Part shown: piece after piece, positions 1-12,639 of the stretch | Layout: each line of letters opens with the position of its first letter | Position numbering within the stretch: position 1 is the stretch's first letter | Source: Monocercomonoides exilis PA203 | Taxonomy: Eukaryota > Protista > Preaxostyla | Length of the DNA stretch: 64,000 nucleotides | Direction of reading: 5' to 3' | Assembly (NCBI GenBank): GCA_001643675.2 | Contig: LSRY02000031.1 | Coordinates: forward strand, 372,001-436,000 | Notes under the pieces: generated by a model | Told to the model about the DNA's origin: nothing | Database searches by the model: none | What the model saw: only the letters and a program-made list of their open reading frames with translations | Position numbers and translations under genes: made by a program

Positions 1-46
1 CTGTTTTTTTTTTCTTCAGAAATACTCTTCTTCTATCTTTCAATAA

Positions 47-2240
47 TCATCCCATATAAAGATGATAAAAAAAAAGAAGAAATCCAATTAAATGAAGTGA
101 GAGATGATGATGAAAAAGTGGTGTAATATGATGTTTATGCACACAAAGAAGAAGAAATAGAAGAAAAAGAAGAGGAGGAGGAGGAAGAAGAGGAAGAGGA
201 AGAAGAAGAAGATGATGATGATGATGAGGAAGAAGAAGAAGAAGAAGAAGAAGAAGAAGATTATGAAGATTATGAAGAAGAAGAAACAGAAAAGGAGGAA
301 GAGGAGGAGGAAGAAGAAGAAAAAGAAGAAAAAGAAGAGGAAGAAGCGAAAGAAGAATGAGAAGAAAAAGAAAAAGAAGAAAAAGAAGAGGAAGAAGAAG
401 AAGATTATGAAGATTATGAAGAAGAAGAAACAGAAGAGGAGGAAGAGGAGGAGGAGGACGACGACGAAGAAGAAGAAGATTGGTGGCAGTCAAAGGAGGT
501 TTTGTAATGAACGGAATGAGTGCTGCATTTGAACATATTTCATCTACTGCTTTTTTCTCCACCTCTGAAGAAGAGGAAGCAAAAGAGCAAGATATTTGAA
601 TATAACAACATTCAGTTGCCTCACAATCAACTGGCCTTGATGATGATAAGAAGGAAGATGATATGAAAGAAAGTAAAAATATTTGCTGCTCCGTTCTTTC
701 AGCAGCCGCTCCTTCAAATTGTTCAGATTCGGACGAATAAATTTGGTCATCCAATGCTCCTTCTAAAGATTCTGAGGTTTTCGTGTTTGCGTATCCTTCT
801 CAGCATCTTCTTCCTTCTCTTTCACTTTCGCTCTCTTCTTCTTCGTTTCCTTTTCTGACTTTTTCAAGTTCTTTGTTAATTTCTTTTCTTAATTCCTTTT
901 ATAACCTCCTTTCATCTGCTTTGATGGCAATTCACCTCAATCTCCCTCATTTCCTCGACCTCCTTCATCTTCCAAATCATCATTTCACCTCTTCATTTTC
1001 TCCTCATTCTGTCACTTTCGATCTGAGCACTCAACAAAATGAATCAGAATTCTTGTGATTATTAAAAAATAAGGTTCATCTTTCCCTTTTGCTTCTGGCT
1101 CAACAGAACTCTTAATCTGATAGCCAGCCCTTCTTCTGTGTGGATGAAGACATGCAGAATGGGAAGAAAGCAAACCAAGCAGAAAAGCAGAGGAATAAAG
1201 AAAAGAAAAAGAAGAATGGGAAAGTTGCTGCTTATTCCGTGCCTGTGAATGCTTCCAGAGTTACAGCGGCGAACAGCAGAAGAGGTATAATGAATTTCTG
1301 GAGGCTGAGCAAAGTCGCCTTTCCTGCCAAGCACTATCTGAAAGTTGCTGAATTTTTCTGATTGAGTCGCCGAATCAAGTTTATTGTTATCACTCAAGTT
1401 GCCAAGCTGATTCATCCCATTCGTATCTCCATCGCATTATCTTTTTGAAAGAAAATCACTAAACAAAGCAGCTATTTCTTCTGCACTCAGCATCTTCTCC
1501 TCTTTCACCTGTTCTCTGCATCTCCTTCTTCAAAACGCGTTCTGTTCCGCCATGTTGCTTTCTCCTACTCCTGCTCCACGTCTGCCTGCTCATAATTATT
1601 CTCCACAAGTTCACATCTCACCAGCTCTTTTAACCAGTGCACAAAACGTGTTAAGTTTTACCGCTCAACCAGATGCAGCTTCCGCGCACTCATCACATAC
1701 GCAAGTCGGTTGATCAGACGAAGACAATGGTCAACATTATGAGGAGGAGAAGAAAGAGAATGAGAGGAGGAAGAAGAAGGACTTTCTCCTTTATTTGTGT
1801 CAGGATCATCGAAACTTGCGAGTGATGATGATGCTGACGAACATCTTTTGTTGTATATTTTGTGATAAAAAGGCACTCTCTGTTTTTTTTTGCGTTCTTA
1901 TCCGTTGTTTACCCTTCGGATTTCGAAAAGTCAGTCCTTTTTCAGTTTTCCCTTTGTGTTCCTTCTTTTTCTCTTCATTCTTTTCTCCTTCTCTACATCC
2001 TTCTTCTCTTCCTCAGTCATCTCCTTCTCCCTCTCCTTCATCTTCTTCCTCTTCCTCCTCCTCTTCTTCTTCTTCTGTTACTGCAGTAACTGACCTCTCT
2101 CTGCACCCAAACCACCTCATCGTTCTGAAATTGCAATAGCGCCCCGCATAAGAGCTACACACCCTCTCCTCCGCCAACGCTATCTCAACCGATGCGCACA
2201 AGTAGCTGCTTCAAGCGCTTCATATTCTTCTTCTTATTTC
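47..2240 (-). pseudogene. Degraded, low-complexity coding remnant(s)
   Basis: Protein-like minus-strand segments (47..754 DDQIYSSESEQFEG..., 1658..1876, 2013..2201) broken by stops and frameshifts; a GAA-rich tract with a duplicated unit at ~253-310 and ~400-456. Boundaries approximate. Confidence 0.35.
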
Positions 2241-3271
2241 TCCTTGTTGCGTACATTGCTTCACAACAAATTCCTGACTGGTGAAGAGCAGCGTATGAGA
2301 AGGATGAGGCAGCAGTTCGGAAAAAGAAGGAAAAGACAATATTTCATTCTCCCGCCAGATGTGTTTGAGGCGCTGCCGCTGTTTGCAGAGTTTCGGATGG
2401 TGGAGCGGTGTGCAGAGAATCTGGAGAAAAGGAAGAAAGAGAGAAGGAAGGAACGAGAGAAATGATTAAGATGAGGAAGGCATTGAAATACGCAAATGAT
2501 AGAGATAACATGTAAAGAAAATGAAAATGAAGCAGTATCAGAAGAAAACGAGAGTTTCTCATTGATTAGAAGAGATTCTCTGAAGAAAACGAAGAATAAA
2601 GAAGAAAATAGAATGCATTTCCGAAAGCTCCATCGTAATCAATGAAGACGAGCAAAGAGAGAAGAGACACAAACAGAGAGAAAAATAGAGGTTGATACGA
2701 AAGTATTACCAGGCATTTAAGCCTCAACGTGATTCTGTTGTGAATGAAATGCTTTTGATGGTCAGACAAAACCTGCTGCTTTCTCCTGCGCGGATTGACG
2801 ATCAATAAAAAGACCTGGAATTAATGTGAGTGCTTCGAAAATGAGGGAGATGGCTTCGAAGACGGGAAAGAAGAGAAAGAAGGGAATCATTCTTTGAATG
2901 AAAATGGAAACAAGGAAAAAGTTGAATGAGATAAAGATGATGGAAAAGATGAGGAAAAGAAGTGATTTTGGAGAATTTAATGAACAACCCCAAAGCAGTT
3001 GTTTCAAAAGCAAATATAATCAAACGGAAGTAAAAAAGAGTGCAAACGCCAAAGAATAAATAAAAAACGGCAGAAAAGACGAAATACATTCCAATGAGCC
3101 AAATCCCGAGCCTCTTTCATCGCAAAAGCAGCAAAAACAACTCCCTCTCCCCCACCTTCACCTTCTCCTCAACATATACAATCCTCTTCAGAACGAGGCG
3201 CCTTTGGAACGATACACTTTACGCGAGGGAAGCGAATGGACGGTGGATGAAGAGGAGTCGGAGGGAGAGCG

Positions 3272-4460
3272 TTGATTGCGAACAGCCAAAAGATGAAGAT
3301 AGAGATTGGTGCTAAAGGTGCACTAACGATATCGCTGTCACATGTTGTTGGAGAAGGAGGGGCGACGTTGTGTGTGATGGGGGTGAAGGATTTGGACAAA
3401 GAAGTGACAAAGGCGATGCCAGATGAGTTTCAGGATGAGAAAGGGAAAGTGGACGATGAAGAAGCGAAAATCACGTTTAATTCATTGGAATCAGATGTTC
3501 AGAGAGAAAAACTGCTTCGGATGACGAAGCTTCAGGAAATACAGAAGAAGAAGAAAGAAGAAGAAGAGAAAAAGAAGAGGCGAAAGACCAAAGAAGAAAA
3601 AGACAAGAATCTGTTTAGCAGTATCCAAGGAATACTACAACCACACCTTGAGGCAGGCACGCCGACCAACCAGAAAGAGTACAAAATGGCCAGCGAGGCG
3701 CAGCAAGAGGCGAAAGAAAGCCATCCGCCAAGTTTGACAAGAGAGCGGAAATTGGACTGCATGCTGAATGATTTAGCTAATTCTGACCTGGAAGATTTGA
3801 GCGATGAACTGGATGTGCCCTGCAGATATGTGCGAATCAAAAGTGAGGAAAATGGACAATTTTTGTGGAAGATGCAAAAAGAACCTGTGTGTATGCAGCA
3901 GTCGACGCGAGGCAGACGAGAGAGTGGTTGGATCTGATGAGTGCGCTGAAGAGTGGGCTGAGGCAGAACAGGGCGGAGCTGCGAAAAGGAAGGGGGATGA
4001 AGTGGAGGGGATGGTGGCCGTACAAAGAGGAAGCAGAAGTGACACACAGAAAGGGAAGGAAAGGAGCAGGGAAAGGATCGCCTCTGCTGTTTCAGAAGGA
4101 GAAAGGGATAAGAACATTCAGTCAGAGCAGTGTGCCTGGGAGAAGAGATGCGCTATCGTTCTCAAAGTTGGAACCTTTCTTCACCTCGCAGAATTTAATG
4201 GCGATGGATCTGATGCAGAAATATTCTGCACTCAATTTGGTTGCGCCTTTTGATTCAACTGCAGAATTTGACGCAAATTCAAACATTGCTCTTCATCCTC
4301 TTTCTCACTGCACTTCTTCACTTGTCATTCGTCCTTGTTTATGAACATCCAACTTCAATTTTCTCCTTCTTTCAGAATCTCTTCATCTCTCTTCCTTTTA
4401 TCTCAAGCTGTACATCCATCTTCTGCTAATTCTACTTCTCCTGGCTCACTTTTTCCGCTA
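3272..4460 (+). pseudogene. Frameshifted hypothetical gene fragment
   Basis: ORF 3272..3937 (MKIEIGAKGALTISLSH...) overlaps ORF 3865..4344 in another frame (EWLDLMSALKSGLRQ...FSKLEPFFTSQNL); no family recognised. Confidence 0.35.
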
Positions 4461-4599
4461 TCTCTGCTAGCGTCAACTTCGTCTCCTTCTTTTTTATTCA
4501 ACTTTCGTCGAGTTCAGTGCCAGACCTCATCTTTCGTTGCAACTTGGAAAGAAACAAAGAAATACTTATTCTCGATGATTCATCAGCTTAAGTTATATG

Positions 4600-5430
4600 T
4601 CAACTGAAACGATTCTCCACAAAGCAAAGAAAAGTCTGCAAGTTATCAACAACTGAATCAATTCTGACTTTTTCATTTGGAGGCTGAAGCATTCGAAGTG
4701 AAAAGGAAAGTACGATGAGGCTAGGTTCCAAAAATATCCATTGGGAGATTTCACAACGACAAAACATCGGTGAATTGCAGGAAATGAAAAGGAAAGGGAG
4801 AGCAATTTTGAGGAAAAGTCATGTTTGAAGGGAAGTCATATGAGATTCTGGTACTAATTGGATGCAAGCAAGTTGAAATCGGAAAGGTGAAGAAAATATA
4901 AACTGAAGAAAATTGCCTGATATATATGAATATATTTCTTTTGAAGATACGACAGCAATGAATCTTTTTTCATGAGCTTAATTTGTAGTTGATGGAGAAG
5001 AAAAATTAGATGAGGTAATGACGAAGAAATATTTTTGTTTTGTTGATATTATGGATTTCTGAAAAAAATAATGATGATATATACGTCAGTTGAAAAAGCT
5101 ATGAAAGTTCATGAATTTTTCTATGAAATGGAAAATGGTGAAAATGAGAAAATGAAGGAAAGGAAAGAACGTAAGAAAAAGTTTATCATTTCCTGTTATT
5201 TTTATATCAACTGCGCTGAAGGTGAGTGTTTGAAGAGGAACAAATGTTGAGGTGAGGAGGGTGAGGGAGGCGTCTTGAAGGAGGGAAATGAAGCCATTTA
5301 GGGCATACTCGATGGTGGCGCATGGAGTATGTTTAGGTATGCCACAGGCATAAGCATCAGTTCCATTGCTGGAAACGATTTTGTTCTCTGCTATGAGAGT
5401 GAGACAGCTGTTAGACTTCGCTTTATCCAA
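4600..5430 (-). pseudogene. Fragment of the Cys-rich/beta-helix surface protein family
   Basis: ORF 5086..5430 has IVSSNGTDAYACGIPKHTPCATIEYAL, the same CG-x(4-5)-PC module that is repeated in the 28288 protein; truncated, with no intact start or end. Confidence 0.5.
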
Positions 5431-5599
5431 TGGTTCACGATTTCGTAAAACGTTTGATGAATTCGATGAAACGAATAAAATGAATGGAAATTTGTTGGCA
5501 TAATAAAGGAAAGGGAAAAAATAGAAAAATGACTATTATTGAAAAATTGGTTTCAATAGTATTGTTTTCTTATCTTCTTTTATGTTCTTCTTTATAAAC

Positions 5600-6180
5600 T
5601 TTCTCTTTGCAATGTTGTATTTTGATGATTATGAATTTGCAATTTTTTCTTTTGAAGTTTTATTTATTTATTTTAGGTTAATTTTTTTTTCACTTGATCA
5701 AAAAAAAATCTTTTTCACCTAAAGTGTAAAAAAGGTATGTTTTTTTACTATAACAATAAAACAAATATATATTACAGAAATAGAAGTTAAATGCTTAAAA
5801 TTGATCTGAAAACTCTTTGATCATCAAATACCACAATAGATTTTATTTTTTCGATTTTTGATCTTTTTTTATGATATCAAAAAAAATCACCCATATTTAC
5901 ATTTTTATTTCAGTTCAAACATTTGCTTTTGAAATGGTTTTCATGAAATTTGTCAAAAAAATATTAAATCTCTATTCAATGACAAACAACCTTTGAAAAA
6001 TCAACATCCCGAAAAAAGTTATGATTTCAAAAATAATCACCCATATATGCACTATTGATATTTAAAATCGAAAATTTTTGAGAAATTCTTTTTGTTGAAA
6101 AGAACAACATCTTTAAAACAGTTTCATTTATTCATTGAAGTCCGATGAGAAAATATTTCACTCAGAAATTTGAAAATAAC
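5600..6180. repeat. Old dispersed AT-rich repeat (TE-derived)
   Basis: 5853-5896 GATTTTTGATCTTTTTTTATGATATCAAAAAAAATCACCCATAT matches the reverse complement of ~41593-41636; homology extends ~5600-5900 vs 41590-41890. ~5985-6046 matches ~46862-46925. Confidence 0.7.
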
Positions 6181-6706
6181 AAATGTCAGAAAAAGTTTAA
6201 ATAATTCACACAATGTTAAAAGATGTTCAATCATTATTTTTTTCTTTATCTTTCTTGCATGCATTTCCGAATGAAAAGAAGTTCGTTTTTTGTTAAATAT
6301 AAAAATAAATTTTCATTAAAGATAAATATGTTCCATTTGGAAATGCATTTTTTTTCATTAATTGCTTGAAGAGAGAAAATTTGAAGGTGAAATTTGTTTT
6401 TCAAAAGATAAATTAAGAATATATTTATTTCGAACTCATTCCTCTTCAAAAAACACATTATCTCCATTATTATATATTTTTATTTATATTTCGAATTTTA
6501 AAAAAAGCTGTTGTAAAAGAAACAACCATTCAAAGGTTATTATTTTTGACACACAAAATTTCTCCAAACCCATAAAATTTTCATAAAGTTCTATCTTTCA
6601 TCAGAAATTTTCTGTTACAGAAAAGTTTGCAAAACAATTTTGCGTTTTGATGTTCTCACGTATTTTTCATATTATTATTTTAAAGTTATCTTATAAAACA
6701 CAGGAG

Positions 6707-9700
6707 ATGTCACTTGAAAATCTGCTTGAAAAGCGGAGCTTGCTTATTGGATCTCGCGTTGGAAATTTGATGAAAGAATGCCTCAAAAAAGGAACTTTAA
6801 AGAAAGATGAAGGAGGAATATTTAAATCACGTTCGCAACGTGTTATGCTGACTACACATTTTCTTTTATATACAAGCGCAAATGAAGAAGGAGGGACGAT
6901 TGAAGATGCAATTCTTTTAAGAGATTGCATAATGAAGCCGCAACCAGTTAAAGATTTAAATGGAAAAGAATTTGGAATCGAATTTCGAACACCTCATCAC
7001 GGAAAGAAAAAATCGCCTGGACCAGGGCAATTTAAACTTATTTGTTCAAATATAGATGAGCGCGGTGAATGGATGGGCGTTATTAGCGATATGATACAAC
7101 TTCAAACGGTTTGAAAAACATTCAAGTTACAATTTAATTATTTAATGTTGTCGTATTTCCTGCAATTCTACAGATTCCTTCATCAGATTCTCAACCATCC
7201 TCACAAAAGTTGACTCCAGTGCCTCCTCCAGTACTCAGCGAAGATAACCCACAGCCGTCTTTTCAATCTGTATCACCATCACCATTTCCTTCTTCTTCCC
7301 CTTCCCATTCCCCTTCTGCATCTCCTTCGCCATCTCCAAAGTTATCTTCATCCCGCTTCTCACGCACTCAATCTCCGAATTTTTCTTCAACAAGTTCTCC
7401 TTCTTCTTTTCCTCGTGTTTCGTCTCCTGACCAGTCGAAGATGCACTCTTCAGCAGCTTTCACTCTGAGTTCTGCAAACACAAGCACAGATTCTTCAGAA
7501 AGGAAAGAAGAAAAAGAAAAGGAAGAAAAAGAAGAAAAAGAAAACAATGAGAAAGATGAAACAAAAGTTGAAATTGCAGAACACTCATCAGAGCAGCTTA
7601 GTGAAGCATTCACTTCTTCTAATGCTCCAATTGCACCTGAGCCAGTTATTGCTTCTTCTGCTTCTGCTTCTCCTTCCTCATCACCTTCTCCTTCTCCTTC
7701 TCCTTCTCCTTCTCCATCAATTTCATCTTCTCCTTCGATTTCTCTCATCAAAGTTGAACAACCACAAATTGATTCAACATTACTTGATGCACCTTCTTCT
7801 TCTTCTTTTTCTTCTCTTCCTGAATCATCCGAACAGGAAACATTGCAATCAATTCCATCTTCGACTCAACCAAGCAATATTTCTTCTCCTTCTCCTCCAT
7901 CTTCATCTTCGTCTTCGTCTTCTCCTTCACATTCCCCTTCTTCTTCTCGCTCTTATTCTGTTTCATCTCTATCATCTTCATCATCATTACCACAATCATC
8001 ATCTTCTTCTTCTTCAGATTCTTCTTCTTCTTCTTCTTCTCTTCCCAATGCCCCATCCACATCTTCATCTGAAACACAACAAAATGAATGTCCTTCTTCC
8101 GAATCTATCAAAGACACAGCAGAAGAATCAAGTTTAGCTTCTCCTTCTCCTTCTCCTTCTTCCCCTTCCCCTTCCTCTTCCCCTTCATCATCTTCTTCTC
8201 CTTCATCTTCATCATCTCCTTCTCCTTATTTCACTCCTCCTCCTCTCAATCCAGAAGATGCTTCTTCTTCTTCTTCTTCTTCTGCTTCTGCTTCTTCTTC
8301 CATTTCCCTTTCTTCTCTTCCTCTTCCTCCCTCTCTTCCACCTATTCAATCATCATTGCCTTCCTCTTCCTCTTCTTCTCTCCCTCTTCCTCCACCTGCT
8401 TCTGTAGCATCATCATCATCATCCTCCTCCTCTTCTTCTTCCTCTTCTTCTTCTTCTCCTTCTTCCATTCAATCAACAAATGCTCTTTCTCTTCCTCCTC
8501 CTTTCCCTCTTCCTCTTCCAATTCCTGTTTCTGTTCAGAATTCTTCTTCTTCTCTTTCTTCTTCTTCTCTTTCTTCTTCTTCTCTTTCTTCTTCTTCTCT
8601 TTCTTCTTTTTCTTCCTCTTCTTCTTCCTCTTCTTCTTCTTCTTCCTCCTCTTCTTCTTCACATCATCATCCTCTTTCTCATTCTCTTCTGTCTGAAGAT
8701 GTGGATAAAGAAGAAGAAGAAGAAGAATCGCAAAATAAAAGAAATTTGACAGAAAGAAAAGGAAAGGAAGAGAAAGAGAAAGAAGAGAAAGAAGAAGAAG
8801 ATGAATTCGATGATGATACAGATGAAGAAGAAGAAGAAGATGATGACGATGATGAATTTGATGATGATAATGTGAAAGAAGAGGAAGAAGAAGAGAAAAA
8901 GGAAAAGAAGGAAGAAGAAGAAGAAGAAGAAGAAGGAAAAGGAGAAGAGAAAGAGAGGAAGGAAATAAAAGAATTGGAAGATGATGAAAAGAAGAAGAAA
9001 AAGGACGAAGATGAAGCAAAGGAAGAAGAAGTTGGAGAGGAGAAAGAAAAGAAACTGAAAGACGATGACGATGATGATGACGAAGAAGGGAAAGAGAAAG
9101 AAGAAGAGAAAGAAGAAGAAAAACCAGAATCAATTAAAGATGAAGGTGAAGAAGAAGAAAAAGAGCAAAAAGAAGAAAAGAAAGAAAAAATTGAGAAAGA
9201 AGAAACAGAAGATGATATAGAAGAAGAAGAAGATGAAGATGATGATGATGAATTCTTCAAAGAAGAACAAAACACAAATGTTAACGCAACAGCTCTTCCT
9301 CTTCCTCTTCCATTCATTTCGTCATCTTCATCATCATCATCATCTGCTTCTTCTGCTTCTTCTTCTCTCCCTCTTCCCCCTCCTTCTTCTCCTTCCTCCT
9401 CTTCTTCTCTTCCTCTTCCCCCTCCTTCCTCTTCCTCTTCCTCTTCCTCTTCCTCTTCATCATCATCATCTTCTTCTTTCTCTTCTTCTCTTCCTCTTCC
9501 TCCTCCATTGTCATCGTCTTCTTCTCTTCCTCTTCCAATTTCTGATTCTTTGAAGAATACAACGCTTTCTTTATTGTCTTCTGGAATAGAGAAAGATGAA
9601 GGAGAGAAAGACAAAGACAAAGAGAAAGAGAAAGAGAAAGAGAAAGAGAAAGAGAAGAAGGAAGAAGAAGAAGAAGACGAATTCGATGAAAATGATGATG

Positions 9701-12297
9701 AGGAGGAAGAATCAATGGATGACGATGAATTTAAAGAGGAGGAAGAAGAAGAGGGAGAAGAGGAGAAAGAGAAAGAGAACGAGAAAGAGAAAGAGAAAGA
9801 GGAAAAAAAAGAGAAGAAGGAAGAGAAGAAGGAAGAAGAAGTTGGATTTGATGATGAAAACGAGAAGGAAGAAGAAGAAGAAGACAAAAAGGAAAGTGAG
9901 CAATCAATGAATGACTTCCAAAAGGAAGATGAAGAAGAGGAAGAAGAAGATGGAAACAAAGAGATAAAGGAGAAAGAGAAAGAGAAAGAGAATGAAGAAG
10001 AAGAAAAGGAAAGGAAAGAAGAAAAAGGAAAAGAAAAAGAGAAAGAAGAAAATATCCTTCCAGAACTAACATCGTTACCTCTTCCTTCATTGGATATCCC
10101 ATCAATATCATCATCATCATCATCATCTTCTTCTTCCTCTTCCTCCTCTTCCTCCTCTTCCTCTTCCTCTTCAGACAGCATTATTCTTCCTCCTCCTCTT
10201 CCTCAGCCAGATATTGACATTCTCCCTCCAATAGATTCAATACAAAATTCTTCTTCTTCTTCTCTTTCTTCTTCTCTTTCTTCTTCTTCTTCTTCTTCAG
10301 AAAATGATGTTGATGTTTCTTCCAGTCAAATTTCGTCTCTTCCTTTGGAGTTAAACAAAACTCTTCATCCTCTTCCTTCTCTCCCTTCCCTTCCTTCTCT
10401 TCCTTCTGTTTCTTCTCTTCCTCTTCCTTCTCCTTCTCTTCCTTCTTCCTCTTCTTCTTCTTCATTGCTGCCTTCTTCCTCTTCTTCCTCTCTTCTTCCT
10501 CTTCCTTCTCCTTCTCCTGGCTTCGAAAGTGAAGATGAATCAGAATCTTCTCAAAACACTCCTCTTCCTTCTCCTCCTCATGTTTCTCTTAGCCATCTTT
10601 CTCTTTCTCTTTCTTCTTCTCTTTCTTCTTCTTCTTCTTCTTCAGATGAAATTAAACTTATTCCTCTTCCAACTTTTGATGAATTGCGAATGGATGGTTT
10701 GACTGATCCTTCAAATGAAATGATATCAACTTCTAATAGAATATCTTCTTCTCCTCTTTCTTCTTCCTCTTCTTCCTCCTCCTCTTCTCTTTCTTCTTCT
10801 TCTTCTTCTTCATTAAATGTTGAATCTATGCTTCCTTCTCTTCCTTTGCCTGAAATAAAATTGAATGAAAAAGAAGATGCAAAAGAAGAAAATGAAGAAT
10901 TAGTTCCTCCTCCTCCTCTTCCAATCGAAAATTCTTCTTCTTCCTCTTCCTCTTCCTCTTCTTCTTCTTCTTCTTCTTCTTCCTCCTCCTCCTCCTCTTC
11001 TTCTTCTTCCTCCTCCTCCTCTTCTTCTTCCTCCTCCTCCTCTTCTTCTTTATCTTCTTCTCTTCCTTCTCTCCCTTCTCTCCCTTCTTCTTCTTCTCTT
11101 CCTCTTCCTCTTCCAGATGATTCAAATATTCCTCCTCTTCCTCCTTCTCTTCCATTGCCTCAACCAGATATTGATATTCTTCCTCCAATTGACATTAGCA
11201 TGACCTCTTCTTCTTCTTCTTCTTCTTCTTCCTCTTCTCCTTCTTCTTCTATTTCTTCTTCTTCTTCTCTTCCTCTTCCCATTCCTGATGAGTTAAACAT
11301 GAATATTGAACAAACATCTTCTTCTTCTTCTTCTTCTCTTCCTTCTTCTTCTCTTCCTTCTTCTTCTCTTCCTTCTTCTCTTCCTCTTCCTGATCCTTCC
11401 TCTATTCTGCCTTCAATTGAATCTTTGCCCGATCCTTCTTCCATTCTTCTTCCAAATGATATTTCAAATACTCTTCCCCTTCCTTCTTCTCTTCCTTCTT
11501 CTTCTTCTTCTTCTCTTCCTCTTCCTGACGAAGAAATGATTTCTTCTTCTTCTTCTTCTTCGTCGTCGTCTTCTTCTGTCATGTTGAATGCTGTTAATGA
11601 AAATTCATCTTCTTCTCCTTCTCCGTCTTCTTCTCTTCCTCTTCCTCTTCCTGATGAATTAAACATGTTACCATCATCATCATCATCATCTTCTTCTTCT
11701 TCTTCTACTCTTCCTGATCCTTCTTCTCTTCTCTCTCTTCCTCTTCCAGATGAAACTTTGCAATCTTCCTCATCTTCTTCTTCTCCTTCTCTTCCTCTTC
11801 CCATTCCTGATGAAACATTGATGATTGATGCAACTTCATCATCATCATCATCATCATCATCTTCTTCCTCTTCTTCTCTTTCTTCTCTTCCTGATCCTTC
11901 TTCCATTCTCTCTTTAGACAATGAAAACTCTTCTTCTTCTCTTCCTTCTTCTTCTCTTTCTTCTTCTTCTCTTTCTTCTTCTCTTCCTCTTCCTCTTCCC
12001 AATGCAGATAACATTGCCATCACTCAACAACTTTCCATTGACCAATCAACTCCTCTTCTCAATCCTCTTCCTCTTCCTCTTCCAAAACCTTCTTCTTCTT
12101 CTTCTTCTTTGCCTTCTTCTTCCTCTCTTCCTCTTCCTCTTCCAGATGAGCTTTCTCCATTACCTTTACCTTCTCAACTGGACAATTTCAATGTTTCTGC
12201 TGATTCTGTTAATCTTCCTTCTCTTTCTTCTCTTTCTGATCTTCCTGATCCATCTGTAATGTTGTCTGATCTCCCTGATCCTTCTAACTTGAGTTAA
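6707..12297 (+). CDS. PH-domain protein with a very long Ser/Pro- and Glu/Lys/Asp-rich tail (~1841 aa, 2 exons)
   Basis: ATG at 6707; exon 1 (6707-7108) is PH-like (LKKGTLKKDEGGIFKSRSQRVMLTTHFLLY...FKLICSNIDERGEWMGVI). GT..AG intron 7109-7173 joins in frame to ORF 7210..12297. Confidence 0.8.
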
Positions 12298-12639
12298 ATG
12301 AGCTTTTCGAGTGTAATTTATTTAAATTTGCATGAAAATTTTAATATTTTATTAATATTTTCATTATTTAATGAGTTAATGATACATTTTGTGCTGTTTG
12401 TTTTTATTTTTGATTTTTTTTTCTTTTTCTTTTCTATTCGAATATTGTTTTGGAATTTATCCGCTCTCGATCTCCATTTTCGATACCAAAATGAATTTTA
12501 ATTTGCGGATTTCGCTTCTTTGCTTTTTTTTTGTACAAATAACAAAATTTTGCCAACCATAACTCATTTTAATTCCTGTTCTTAATTTTTATTTATTTTT
12601 CTTTTTTTCTTTATCTTGAGGTTCATTCTTCTTAAAACA

